From Isurus oxyrinchus (Eukaryota), in the NCBI GenBank assembly GCA_026770705.1, contig JANJGN010000025.1, positions 31,310,001 through 31,374,000 of the forward strand: DNA of 64,000 bases. Direction: 5' to 3'. Positions within the stretch are counted from its first letter, which is position 1. Every line of letters starts with the position of its first letter. The notes under the pieces were generated by a model. The model did no database searches and had not been told where the DNA came from. It was given only the letters and a program-made list of their open reading frames with translations. Below, one piece after another: positions 26,091 through 38,768 of this stretch. The position numbers were made by a program, and so were the translations under genes.

Positions 26091-26124
26091 ATACTATGCA
26101 GGGATTATACTATGCAGGGATTAT
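26091..26124. repeat. 16-bp tandem duplication
   Basis: ATACTATGCAGGGATT x2. Confidence 0.9.
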
Positions 26125-26692
26125 CTTTCATGTGGTTGAGCAAGTTAGAAAATCAGACCCACATTAGTTCATAATAATAATAATGGGCGGCATGGGTAGA
26201 TTCAGAACCTTGGAGGGTGATATTTAGCTTGGCTGAAGGTTAAGAAATAAAAAGGGTATTAAAAAGTCCAAATGGAAAACTGATTTGACAGCTTGTCTGC
26301 AAAGTGATACATTTTGTGGAAAATTCCCATCTCAGCTTTAAAAAAGTACACACTTAATGGGCATATAAATTGCAGTTGACTGAATAAATAACTTGCACTT
26401 TGTTTTGCATTTATTAAGTACAGTGATGTCGAGGAAAGCTCTTTCCACACTAAACACTGTACAAGTTTGGTTAAAAGCACATGTCTTTTTACCCCAATCT
26501 AATTCATTGCCATGCATTTATATTGCACCTTCTGTGTAGTAATACAGAACAATTTCACTTTATATGTAGTATCAGCACTCATTCACTATCACCATAAATC
26601 ATTCATTTTCCTTTTCCTCTAGTCTATAACAGTTATCCTACAATCATTTTATAATTAATGAATTTTGTACATCTTACACAATGTAACACATT

Positions 26693-27586
26693 GGCCTGGA
26701 TTTTGCAGTTAGAAGCAATGTGACTGCACTCACCCTTGACCTAGAAGAAAGCTTCCCATAAAAATCTCGTTCACCATTCCCAATGATACTTTCCTTACAG
26801 CTCCAGCTCAAGAGGATACCTGATGTCGAGCAACAGTGATGTCATCAAGCAGGAAGGAGGAATGTAGCCAATCATGTTCAAGAATTCTCACATCACAAAC
26901 CAGGAAGAAAAAGCCCCGATTATATTTCACTTGTAATCATTTTAATGTGAATGAAATAAATATTAAGGCATAAACATGGGATTGAGGTAGAAACTGGAAT
27001 ATCATAAACAAACTTCAAAATTTTATTTTTTCTTCTTTTAAAAATCTATAAAACATTTTTATTAGAGTAAAGCACTCTGGCATTCTACAAATATAATATT
27101 AGTCTTTTTCAAGGCCAGAGAGGTTGTTTACATGTAATTATGAATTTAGCACACTGCTAAAAACCCAGGTTATTCAACTTCATTCAACAAGGTTAAACTT
27201 TTCCAACTATTTTTTCAGTGAGACTAAGGCTGGAATTTTCTAGCCTCTCACGCCGGCGGGATCTTCTGGTCCCGCCAATGTGAACGGAGATTTCATTGGC
27301 TCACCGGCCCCGTAGTGGGGGACCGCAGAGGTGGGGGGCTGGAAAATCCTGGCCCAAGAATTTAAAAGTGGAATTGCACATCAGTTCAAGTGATTTCCAA
27401 TGATTTCCATCCCCAGGCTTTTCAACTACGCAGCCTATGGAGAAGCAGGGAATCCCTGACAGTGGTTTCTGGATTCCCATGCTTAATAGCACATGTGCAA
27501 AAGTCCAAAGTTGTTATCAGTTTCACAGTTGTACTACTAGTGAACATTGACATTTTCACCATCATTACAGCTGTAAAATCCAAGCC
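26693..27586. mobile_element. AT-rich MITE (family C) carrying a nested family B MITE
   Basis: TIR GGCCTGGATTTTGCAG...CTGTAAAATCCAAGCC, flanks ATT/ACT. Confidence 0.65.
27228..27354. mobile_element. Family B MITE, inverted relative to 8968-9096
   Basis: TIR GGCTGGAATTTTC...GAAAATCCTGGCC; internal GGGATCTTCTGGTCCCGCC matches the reverse complement of the other copy. Confidence 0.7.
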
Positions 27587-27909
27587 ACTGAATTGGTGAG
27601 GAACACTTCCTATATTGGCTGCTCTTTGATTTTCTAAGTTATTATATTTAAGCCAAAGAACAGAAATGCTATAGTATATGCACCAAGTTTTCACAATGCA
27701 GGCATTGAACCATTTCTCTGCTGCAATGATAATTGGAATATTTCTTGTTCAAATCTGATCATATGGCTGTATGAACTCATGTTTTGGTTTCAATGATGCA
27801 GGGTTTCCCCACCATTGTCTTTAACATGCGGAAGCAATCCTTCACAAACAAGATTTTTTTCCTAATTTCCTTTTACACATTCTGGTTGGGGAGCAAAACC
27901 AGAAGAGGT

Positions 27910-28235
27910 TAAGGGGTGAGATGTCTATAAAATTATAAATGTATGCAACATGGCAGACATGGGGAAGATGTTTCCACTTGTGGGATAAGATAACCACTAA
28001 TAAATGCAATAAAGAATTCAGGAGAAACTTTTCTACACACAGAGTGGTTAGAATGTAGAACTTGCTACCTCATCAAGCAGTTGAGAAAAATAGCAGGTAT
28101 GAATTTAAAGCAAAACTAGACAAGTGCAATTTGGTAGAAAGGAATAGAAAGGTATTCTGAGAGAGGTAGATGGAGTTGAATGGGAAGAGGCTTGTGTGGA
28201 AGCACCAACATGGACTGGCATTTTTCTGCGCTTTG
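27910..28235 (+). mobile_element. CR1 LINE 3' end fragment
   Basis: GAAGATGTTTCCACTTGTGGG...GAATTCAGGAGAAACTTTTCTACACACAGAGTGGTTAGAATG. Confidence 0.65.
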
Positions 28236-28569
28236 CATATAAAGCTCAGTTACACAGTACAAACAAATAAAATGTCGTTGATTTACTCAAATTGATTTGC
28301 TCAAGTATTCTCCCATCTAATCATTCATTATAGCTAACTCTGAGAGGAAATTATCCCCTGATCTACTAGCCTGTGGGTTGAACAGGGTCTCATAGTTACG
28401 ATAATGCTTCAAGCTGAAAGCTTGGGAAAATATAAACCTTCCTACTTCTACACTAGGGCACATGTTTGTTTTTCTGTACTCTGCTTTTTGTGCAACTATA
28501 GATTGTACTTTGTAATGATAATGGCTAATAGAGTCTATTGTACCATGTGCACTGACATCATTTGTCAAA

Positions 28570-28885
28570 GTTTACTCCTCCTCCTCCAGGTACCATGCCC
28601 CCTAAGAGGGCATTGGCAACCACAGACTGCCAATGGATTGGTCCATGATTATGCTTGGCAAAGTACTGCAGTGATTTGCCATTGCCTTCCACAATCTGGC
28701 TGACCAAGAAACCCCCCCACTCTTACCACTTCCCATCAGGTGTATTGCAAGGATTTACAGGCTGATAATCAACCTGCTTGGTCACCTTGTGAATGCACTT
28801 TCCATGGCCATTAAGTCCAGGAAAGAGACTTGAACCCAGAGCTCTTGGCCAAGAGATAGGGACATGGCCACTGCACCACAAGTCC
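28570..28885 (-). mobile_element. tRNA-headed SINE with RTE/BovB-type segment
   Basis: Minus strand: A-box-like TGGTGCAGTGG, B box GGGTTCAAGTC, then GGAAGGCAATGGCAAATCACTGCAGTACTTTGCC. Confidence 0.55.
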
Positions 28886-28984
28886 TCCTTTTGAAGGTTA
28901 TTACACCCTGTTAATGAGTAAATATGAAATTGTTCCTTTATATAGCACCCTTGATTAATACTCTGCAAAGTTCCTGCTTTTGCT

Positions 28985-29815
28985 GCAAGAAAAGCTTACA
29001 TTTGTATAGCAGCTTTCCTGATTTAAAAACGTCCCAAAGTGCTTTGCAGCCAATGAAGCAATCATGAAGTGTAATAAGTGTTGTTCAGTGGGAAACGTAG
29101 CAGGCAATTTGTATACAACAAACTCCCACAATTAGCAATGTAATTGTAAAATATGTATAAAGATATTAGGACAAAAACTGTGCTAGTAAAGTGTTATTCT
29201 GGTCCTGTTTAAAAACAATGATGAAAAGTATCCTAGTATTTGAAGCAGGAATAAAAACAAAAAGTGAGCCCTTGATTCAAGTTGCCACATTACTGGTGTT
29301 GGGCGATAGACAAATATTGGTCAGGGACACAGGAAAATCCCATCTTCATCTTCAATTATTGTCATAGGCTCATATTTGTCCAGCTGAGAGGTGGTTTAAC
29401 ATCCTATCCAAAACACAGCACCTTCAAAAGTGCAGCACTCGGAGGCCCTCCCTGCCTGTCTGCTTGGGTGGTGATACAGCCAAAGGCCTCTCTGTAGAGA
29501 GGCTCCCCAAACCCTGACCGACAGTGGTGGCCTGGTGCTTTTCATACTGAATTAAAGTTTCTTGAAAGTGGTCCTCCAGCTTTGAGAGCCAACCCGCCAC
29601 CCTTGGTTGGACATGGAACCTGTCTCAATGACAATTAAGGCCTCGCCCACATAAAAAATCTTCAATTAGTTTCCCACCAGAGGCAAGTTCTGGACCTAAT
29701 AACAGCCCCGGCCCCTGTTTCCCACTTCCATGAGGAAGATTCAGCCTCAAATCTCTAGAATGGGCCTTGAACCCACAAGCTTGTGACTTAAGGGCAAGAG
29801 CACCATGACTGAGCT
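28985..29815 (-). mobile_element. Fragmented Deu-domain SINE (minus) with insertions
   Basis: Tail at 28990-29130, body 29285-29445, tRNA head (GGTTCAAGG...TAGCTCAGT) 29745-29815 on the minus strand. Confidence 0.45.
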
Positions 29816-31484
29816 ATATATTTATAAAATATGTCCTTTGTCTAAGCCTCTAAACATGACTTAATTATGTGCATACTTTAAAGTGATTTGGAAGTATCTA
29901 CCATGATGCCTAGTGGCATGTATCCTATGAAATAAATTAGGTTAGGTACTGGTACCCATGCTAAAAGTTAAGAGTGTTATAAATGTGTATTATGATTTTA
30001 AAATAACTTCACCCAGGATGTTCCACTTGAAGTAACTACAGAATTTTGAAAAGGCTCATAATTTTACCCTCTTCTTCCAACTGAATAAGAAAAGCTGCCA
30101 GATAAAACTGTTTTCCTGGTGGCACCTGCATGATTCTTAATGGCTTCCTCCCATGTGAGCAGAATAAGGTGCACTACTACATGAATTTCATTTTTAATAT
30201 GATTAGCAGTGATAAGGGTGAATAAACGCACCGCATTGCATAGAACTCTATACTTGCCTGTTCTATGATCTGCTACCAGCTGTGCCTTTTAATGACTGTC
30301 GCTGTAAAATATCATTGGAAAGCATGCCAGAAAATTTAAATGCTGCCTTTCATCTGGGTGAGATGATAGTGCAGATTTGATAGTAGCTGGAATTTTAAAA
30401 CATGAAAATACATAAATGCTAACTTGTGTTAGCCTGGCGTTTTCATTTTTGCGTGCTCACCGAGCTCAGGGTTAACATTGCAGAGGGATTCATTTCTACG
30501 TTTCGCAAAATGGTATCTGGCAGCATACAACCAAGAGCAAGAAGCAGAGATGTGACTACAGCCTTTCAAGTGCATAAAATCATCTCAGCTGTTATTCTTT
30601 CAGAAACAGTGAAATTTTCAGTTCATTTTGCTGATTTAATGTTAGACACTAGAATGAGAAAACAGCGCGTAAATCAGAAAGTGCTTCCTTCATAGCATTC
30701 ACGGAATAAAGCAAATGCTACAATTTTGTCATGGGAATGGTGCTGCGTTGGTCAAAAGGTTAAATGGACTATAATTAGAGGAAGATCCAAAATCTTACTA
30801 GCAAGTACAATATACGCTAGAAATATAAATATAAACTCAGATACTGTCAGCATTCATTCTTCTAAACATTTCCCCTGGTGCTATTGGGGAGCTCCATTGC
30901 AGTCAATAAAGGATCTCACATGCTGATAAGATGAACTACTTTAATGATTATTGCAAGTTTGCAATAACAAGGTTTGACTGTGTGTAATTAAAAGAATTGA
31001 GTGCATCTTCATTAATGTACATTTTGCAATTCTCCGGCAATAGTGGAAGTGAAATTTATTGAAATCGTACCTACTGCATCTCAAAGAAATTTCAGCAACA
31101 CACTCATCAACCCAACATTTTGGAAGAGATTTGAGAGAATTCCAAATGAGGCAGTTATAATATTTGTACATTAGGTTGTTAAGTATAACCTACTCTTAGA
31201 TCATAACTAAAGAGATTTACCTGTTTTCATGCCAAGTCTGTTTGGGTCTATAGTTGTTACCTTCTGACCCAAGCGTTCATGCATCAGAAGAAATTAAAGT
31301 GTAGAAGTGAACAATTGACATTTGCATTACAAATATTTATTACTGAAATATAAAATATGATGCATGAAAATATTATGATCAGTTTTTATGGCAAGGTCTT
31401 GCCAATTATAACTCATCATCCTCACTCATTGTGGAATTGCACTTGGAAAACCTCTGCCAAAGAGCACATGGTAGTTGAAGTTCT

Positions 31485-33499
31485 GGCCTGAATCTTTCAA
31501 GGAGCAACACTCACCGTAGGATTGCCGCTCCGCTCCTACATTTCTGTGCCATGACTCTGCCCTGTGTTTATAGCTGTGTCTTCTGATCCCAGCTTCTTCA
31601 GGAATACAGAGCAGTCTTCCATCGATCTGCTTCCTCGTAGCACTGGATTGTCAGGGGGAATTCCTTCTCATGGGAAATTAGGGATGGGCAATAAATGCTG
31701 GCCTAGCCAGCGATGCCCACACCCCGTGAACAAATAAATAAGGAAGAATTTTCTGTTTGGTGTGTGGGGGCAGGCCCTGCACACTGACATGTAAAATGAT
31801 GCGTGGTGACATTGGGAGTGCGCCCCCACATCACTACCCGTCCGCATTCCGATCTATTGTTCGGCAGGTGCGCACTAGAGCCAGCTGCGCGCTCGCTGAA
31901 CTGTCAAAGGCCCGTTCAGGCCATTAATAAACTAATTAACCAAATTGACAGGGCTGCCTGTCCAACCTTAAGGCAGGCAGGTAGGTGAAGAGCCAAGGCG
32001 GCCTTTGCGTTTTTCATGAAACCTCATCCACGGGCGGGATGAGGTTTCATGAAGGGTTTATTAAATTAACAAATATTTTTTAAACATTTGATAAACACGT
32101 CCCAGCTCATGTGACACTGATGTAAATGATTTTTAACTTTTTTTATTTTGAAGTTTCAAATTCAACTTAATCCCCCTGAGGAAGCTCCGTACTCAGGCAG
32201 ATTTCTGTGCTCTTTGGCGCACATGTGCGAAAGAGCGCAGGCCCCGATTCTCCCTCCTCCTCCTGCCCGCACAGGTACACTACCAGGCACACGTCACGCT
32301 GGGCGGGCCTTAATTGATCCGCCCACGTAAAATGGCAGCGAGTGGCAATTGGCTCCGCGCCCGTCCCCACTCGCTCCTGACCAGCCCACCTGATGGGGAG
32401 AAAATTCTCCCCATAAAAACCAGACAAGCCACGCCCACTTTTTATGCTACTAGCTGCAGTATCCTGGTAGGTGTCCACTAACAGATTGGAAAGCTTTGGG
32501 GCATTTAAACAGCTTTTCAGTGTGTTAGTGTATGAGTGACTGGGTGAGTGGATGGCTGAATGGGTGAATGTGTAGTGCTTAAGTACGTAGTGTGAGTGAG
32601 GTAAGTGGGTGGGTGGGTGAGCTGAGTAGGGTGATAAGTGGGTAGGGTGGCAGTTGGGTGGGGTGGTAGTTTGGAAGAGTGGTAGCTGGGTAGAGTGACA
32701 GCTGGGTGAGATGGTAGTTTGGTAGAGTGGCAGCTGAGTAGAGTGACAGCTGGATGAGGCGGTTGGTTGGGTAGGTTGGGTAGATTGGGTGAGTTGGGTA
32801 GGGTGGCTGAGTGGGTAGGTGTGTTGGGGGTAGTCGGATTGGGGGTTAGTCAGTTCTGGTTGGAGGGGAAGCCAGGAGTTCAGAGGAGAGTCAGGTGCTG
32901 GAGGCCAGTCAGGTCTAGTCAGTGGGGGTGGCAGTCAGGGGTTCAGTCGGTGGTGGGGGTTAGTCAGGCCGTGCTCAGGGGAAGTTGGGTGTCAGAGGCT
33001 AGCCAGGTGGGGTGGGGGGAATTGAGTACTCAAGGGGTGAGTGGGGACTGTCAGTTGTGTAGTTGTGTAATTCCTCTTGGAATTAGACAACCTGGAGCTG
33101 CGATTTCTACTCCCCTGAGCAACAACATGCCCCCAGTGTGGAAGAACATGTGGATACAGGATTGGGCTCCTCAGTCACCTGAAGTCTCACCAAGCCTGAC
33201 GGATGTCATCCTTGATTCCGCGGGACTCCCAACAATGATGACAAGACTAGGATTTTTCTGTCTAACATTTCCAACTATTCAGGTGAGTGTGTTGGAACTG
33301 TCCAAAGTCTCTGACTTTAACTCAGAGCTGGTGACATTTGTGGAGGGCCCCAGAGAGCAGGGGAATTTCCCATCAGAAGTTCAAACTTCCTGGGCAATTT
33401 CCGCAGCATCATTGCGTTGGCACCTCCACAAAGCCTCAAAGTGCATCTTGTGGGAGTACGTCCGGTCTCTGACGATATGGAGACTGGAAGATCTGGGCC
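31485..33499 (+). mobile_element. Family X G-rich TIR element with nested SINE tail (31670-31740) and family A MITE
   Basis: Left GGCCTGAATCTTTC, right GGAAGATCTGGGCC; G-rich array 32530-33050; shared 3' block. Confidence 0.6.
31741..32412. mobile_element. Family A MITE with ATA target-site duplication
   Basis: AGGAAGAATTTTCT...AGAAAATTCTCCCC flanked by ATA/ATA; perfect 17-bp hairpin 32013-32053. Confidence 0.75.
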
Positions 33500-33559
33500 A
33501 ATGTGTAATTGGTTCTCTGAAACCTCTCTATTGTATATTTTAATTTTACTTATTTAAAA

Positions 33560-33930
33560 ATTCTCATCCTCATGTTCCTATCCCACCATGGATTTGTCTC
33601 TTCCTATCCCTGTGTTTGCGCCTAGCCTTGCTTCCTTCCAGGAAGTCTGTATTCCTCCATTCTGACCTCTTATCCTTTCCTCACCTTCCCTCGTACCACC
33701 ATTGATGGCTGTGTCTTCCACCATCTGGGCACTGAGTTCTGGAATTCCTCCATAAATCTCCCTGTCTCTCCACATCTCTTCTTCTTTCAGGCACTCCTTA
33801 AAACTTACCTCTCTGATGAAGCCCATCCATCTTTGGTTTGAAGTGAAGTTTTGTCTGACAATGCTCCTCTGAAGTGCCTTGGCATGATATACTATGCTAA
33901 AGGTGCTAGATAAATGCAAGTTGTTGTTAT
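33560..33930 (+). mobile_element. L2-type LINE 3' end
   Basis: TCTGGAATTCCTCC...CTCCTTAAAAC...AAAGGTGCTAGATAAATGCAAGTTGTTGTT. Confidence 0.65.
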
Positions 33931-34815
33931 GTGTAACATAGTTCCACTCGTGCTGAGAAATATCACAAATTAAAATATATATAATGACGGAAAGAAAAAT
34001 AGATATAAAAGACCAAAAAGTTAAAAGCTGTTATCGCATCTGCCTAACAAAATAAAAGAAAAAATTGGCAATGTATGTTTCACTGCACAGCAATCACCAC
34101 ACAGGCCATGTGACTTATTACAAGATAGCCATTACACTTATGCTGGATCAGGAACTTGAAATGTAACTGTTATCCACATCCAGGTCACTAACCCCAGCCC
34201 ATGGAGCTGGATGACTCAATTCATGCAGCCCTTAGCAATTCATCACCCACTGCCTTGCTGATTGAGTTGATATTGAATTGAATGCCAACTGGCAAGTAAG
34301 ACAAGGGTTCAGTTGCAAGGCAGCACGCTCAAGGCAGCTCCCACACAGGTCTGTGTGTTTGTAGCAGTCAGTGCTAGCTGGCAGTGGCTCATGACATGAT
34401 TACTATCCTAATGTGATCTGAATTCAGGAGTCAGAGGGATACCTAACTCTACATTGGACCAGCATAGTCAAGAGAATGGAAGGCAGATGCTCAATGGAGC
34501 TTGCACAGTGGAAAATGAGTTTAGTTAAATGGAAGGACCATGAGATGGTCGATGAGGGAGAAAGCAATATCAAGGAAGATATTTACAGTCTTGCCTGACA
34601 AAGATCAGCTGTTCTTTCCAGTTTTAACCATAGGCTTGTACTACATTTCTCTTAGTTAACATTCTTGTTACATTTCCTATGTTGCAAAAATGAAAAAGAA
34701 TTTATATTATGCAATCCAGTGAAACCAATCACAGTATAAAATCAGAATCATGTATTCCATGTAGAATTAAGTGATGCAAGGAAGCAGCTCACACTCTATA
34801 AGCATTAAGGGCAAT

Positions 34816-35330
34816 GGGTTGGATTTTCCCTCCGGGGGAACAGTCACTAATTGGGTTTTCATGGGGGCACACCTGTAATTGACATGGAGATAGGTTCTCT
34901 GTCCAATAAAAAATGAGAGTTGTGCTCTTGAAGGCGGAGGGCCAATCAGTGGCCTTCCAGCTTGAGAGGAGCAGCAGGCTGCAAAAGCAATAGAGAGGAT
35001 GTTTCACCGTGAAAGCTCACATTTTCCAACTTTTTTACATCTTTGTTTACAAATTAGATTCAGTAGCCATGCCACTGCTGTTGCAGGTTGGGTGGGGGGA
35101 GGGTGGTGGAAGGGTCGAGGGTGGGGGACTGTGGGAGGGTGCGGGATGGGATTCCTGTGGAGGATGCAATCTGGCAAATCTTGCGCCTGGGCAGGAAGGG
35201 CCACTAGGCCTGCTGAGAGGGCTGATCGCACCCAGCGTCCCACTCCACCCCTGTTCTGCTATTGGGTGCACTAAACTGGTCCCCCACTCAGTGGGGGAAA
35301 CTGAGGGCTGATTGGAAAATTGCAGTTGAC
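34816..35330. mobile_element. Degenerate GC-rich MITE
   Basis: GGGTTGGATTTTCC start, GGAAAATTGCAG-like end, G-rich interior. Confidence 0.4.
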
Positions 35331-36685
35331 CTCCTTTAGTTGGACTTAAATGATCCTTGCTGAAGCTAATCTGCTACCTACAGCATGCCACGATACAAGC
35401 ACGCCAGCCAGCGGGACTAAATTCAGCCTAACTGGCCTCCAAACCTGGCCCAAAGAGGGCCAAAAACTCAATCCATTGTCTCTTGGTGGGCAGGAGTCAT
35501 ATTTTGCTGAGAGCACCTTGCATTCCTATTGTACGTCTTTGAGAAGAAATACATTGCCCTTTTGGAGAATTCAGAGGTGCCTGTGTCTGATAGCAACTGA
35601 AGTTTGTGTTCAACTCTCGATCTCTGGAAATATCCTAAAGGTGGGACAGCAGGTATCAAAAGAGATGTCCTTGTGATTGAAAAAGATTCAGTTTGTTTGC
35701 CGCACACAACACAATGATATTATTTATGTCCGAACACATACCATGAAAGTATGATTGTGTTGCTTGTGCGTGATCCCCTCCCAAGGAAAATGCCAAAATT
35801 CTGGCTCTTCCCCCTCCCTGCCAACGGTAACTAATCTTGGCACATAAACAGCATCTGAATGGAGCACGTTGCCTTATCATAAAGTAAGTAAGTCAGGTGA
35901 TCCTGAAAAGAAAAACTACCCCATTAAAATTCATAACTCTGCAATGGTTTTAAAGTCTGTTAAGTCCAGGGAAAGGCACAAACTGTGCGTACATATATTG
36001 CAATAAAAGCCCACTGCCAAAGATTTGGTCTGCATGGATTTAGGTTAAAATTCTTATTCCTGAATTAACTCAACTGTTGACTATTAATCGATATATTTAT
36101 TTTTCACATGGCCAACTCCCACTGCAGGAGTGCCTGTTCCTGGGATTCACCGTTCTTTCCTATTTTCCCTTTAGACCCCTGCACTTTGCCTCAGTTCAAA
36201 AAGCTTTGCAAACAGTCACAGGTGTTATTGTATGGAGGAACTTGAGTTTGATCTCAAGTCATACTGTTTTCTGATTTAATATGCTGGCAGATTAGCTCAC
36301 TGTGCATCAACAGATGTAATGGGGATTATTAAAGGAATCCAAGTTTTGTTGCATATTGCACAGTACATGTCCATTATCTATCAGCCCTTAGGTCCCTAGC
36401 TACTCATTATTAAACTGGCATTGAAATTCTATTTGACTTCGGCACATAAATTATTGGCTGTTCCAATTACCAAGCAATTCAGAGTACTTCAGTAATATTT
36501 CTGTTTTCTAATCAATATAATTTTGATTTTTCTTCAGTTGTGTTTGCAAATGCCTCACATTCATGATAATATATTGAATATCTTTTACTAGAACGCATAT
36601 TTAAATAAGTAATTCAGTACCCATGAAAATTAGAGCCATACTTCATCACAATATACTTTTGGATGAGTAAAGCCAACTTAATTAA

Positions 36686-37079
36686 TCCATCTGTAACAAC
36701 ATTCCGCCATTGTTACCTTTAGTTATTTCTTAAACAATGCCGACACCCTCCCCAGAAGTTCATTCAAAGTGTTGGCCACTCTCTGAGTGAACAATAATCT
36801 TGCGTTTCATTTTGCTACTTTGAATTTATGTGCCTTTTATTCTACTCCTGCAGTTTAATGTCAAGTTGTATTCTGGATTCACCTTTTCTGTACTATTTAC
36901 CCTGATTTACTTCTACAAGATCACCATTCAGTTGCCTCCTCTTCAGGCTAAAGATTCCAGTTCTCTCCAGTCTTTCCATCTGTAACAACCCTACACTCCA
37001 CTATTGTTACCTTTAGTTATTTCTTAAACAATTCCGACACCCTCTCCAGAAATTCATTCAAAGTGTTGGCCACTCTCTG
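36686..37079. repeat. ~100-bp direct repeat pair (36686-36785, 36975-37079) in an old CR1-like minus-strand remnant
   Basis: TCCATCTGTAACAAC...ATTGTTACCTTTAGTTATTTCTTAAACAAT...ATTCAAAGTGTTGGCCACTCTCTG occurs twice. Confidence 0.85.
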
Positions 37080-38039
37080 TCCACCTTTATTTTCACCAGG
37101 TAGTGCATGAGAGCCCTGGAAATCTGGGTTTCCCCACATGCTTTTTTAACTCCATGCCTTGCAACTTGTGGCCCTAATAGGTTCCCCACCCAGAATTTCA
37201 GTCAGGCAGTGAAAACTTCTAAAGAGACTGGAGCATTATCTAGGCCCAGCACTGAAGTAGGGCCCAATCACTGACTGGGGGAGGAGTGGGTCTGATCCTT
37301 GAGATCCAGTGTAGAGGAAAGGGGAGCTTGTACAGGGGAGATTTGGGTGCAGGGAGGAAACATGCCTGCTCCTCCTGGTCTATAAGGAGCATGTTGATGG
37401 TGCTTACTTTCTTCTTGAGTCTGTCCTCGCTTCACTGCTGCTGTCAAGTTTCCAAGGCACAGGGAACATGGCCATCCATAGTTAAAGCTGCAAAGCTGGC
37501 TAAATCCTTGGTTTTCAGGCTGATTAACATATTTAAAATGCCAAACCACCTCATGAGAACGGGTTGGCTGCCTGTCACTTGTCCTGCCTCTAGTAAAAAC
37601 TAGAAGTCGACAGTTAGGAGCCAGCTTCCAACACTCTCAGAATTTTTGTTAACCCTCTACCCTCATACAATCCTACCCACTCCCCCATGTTAAAACTCTC
37701 CCACTACTTCATTCCTGTGCTATCAATACTACCACTCAAAGGATTTTGACGGTATGGCTACACTCAATTCTCAATACATATGTCCAAGAATAGAGGATTT
37801 TCCTTATGGTTGAATCTTATATGCCATAGCCTTTCCTATGAATTAGTGATATTTTATTTGCATTTTGATGGCCAGGACACAAGAAGTGGATTTGCTTGAT
37901 TTACTGAGAGAAATCTTTTGTGTTTACATATCACTCTCATCATATATCGTGTGTTGGCTGAACATGTTTTGAGGTTAAGTAAAACCTTCTGAAAAGCAAC
38001 TTTTAAATAAAGTTTTTATCCTCCTGTTGAGCAGACCTA

Positions 38040-38302
38040 CCAGGACAGGAGCATGAGACACATGAATGTCCTTCTTCTGTTGTTGCACCAGTTGCAAACC
38101 ATCCTGACTTTGAACTATGTTGCCGTTCCTTTACTGCTGCTGGAACTCCCTCCCTAACAGCACTGTGGATGTACCTATGCCACATGGACTGCAGCAGTTC
38201 AAGAAGGTGGCTCACCACCACCTTATTAAGGCCAGCTAGGGATAAGCAATAAATGCTGGCCTTGCCAGCGATGCCCACATCCCATGAACGAATAAGAGAA
38301 AA
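38040..38302 (+). mobile_element. L2/CR1-group LINE 3' fragment
   Basis: GGAACTCCCTCCCTAACAGCACTGTGG...GCAATAAATGCTGGCCTTGCCAGCGATGCCCACATCCCATGA. Confidence 0.75.
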
Positions 38303-38768
38303 CACTGTGATACAATTGCTTTAATTAAATTTGTACAATAGCTGCAGGAAAGAGATCAATGCAACTTGCACATCTATATATGTGCCATAGATATCTGTAA
38401 TTTATTGGAGTATAATTTTTAATCTCCCCCCATTTATGCAGTAAAATTAATCTTGTGGAGCCAGTGCAGTACTTTTGATAACAGAGGATTTCTTATGTCA
38501 CAAAATTGAGTGATTGACCTTCCCTGAAACTTAGCAGAAGAAAACCCATCTCTGTGCATGTTTGAAACTTGATGTCAAATTTTAATCTGGAAAGCATACA
38601 GGAAAAAATTGTGAGCTGTACTGGATCCTGTGTAAAAAAATAATGCACGAGTAAACATTTTGGATTAATTTATTCTTTTGGGGAAAAGAAAAAGCTAATA
38701 TTGCAATATAACACAAATGTAACAGCACCATTGAGAGCAGTCATAGAAATGAGATGTAAATACTCTGT

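Noticed and set aside
32767-33543. 258-aa ORF, the longest in the track
   Set aside because: Non-ATG start, low-complexity G/V/W-rich translation of the G-rich array and 3' block of element X; sister copies do not keep the frame
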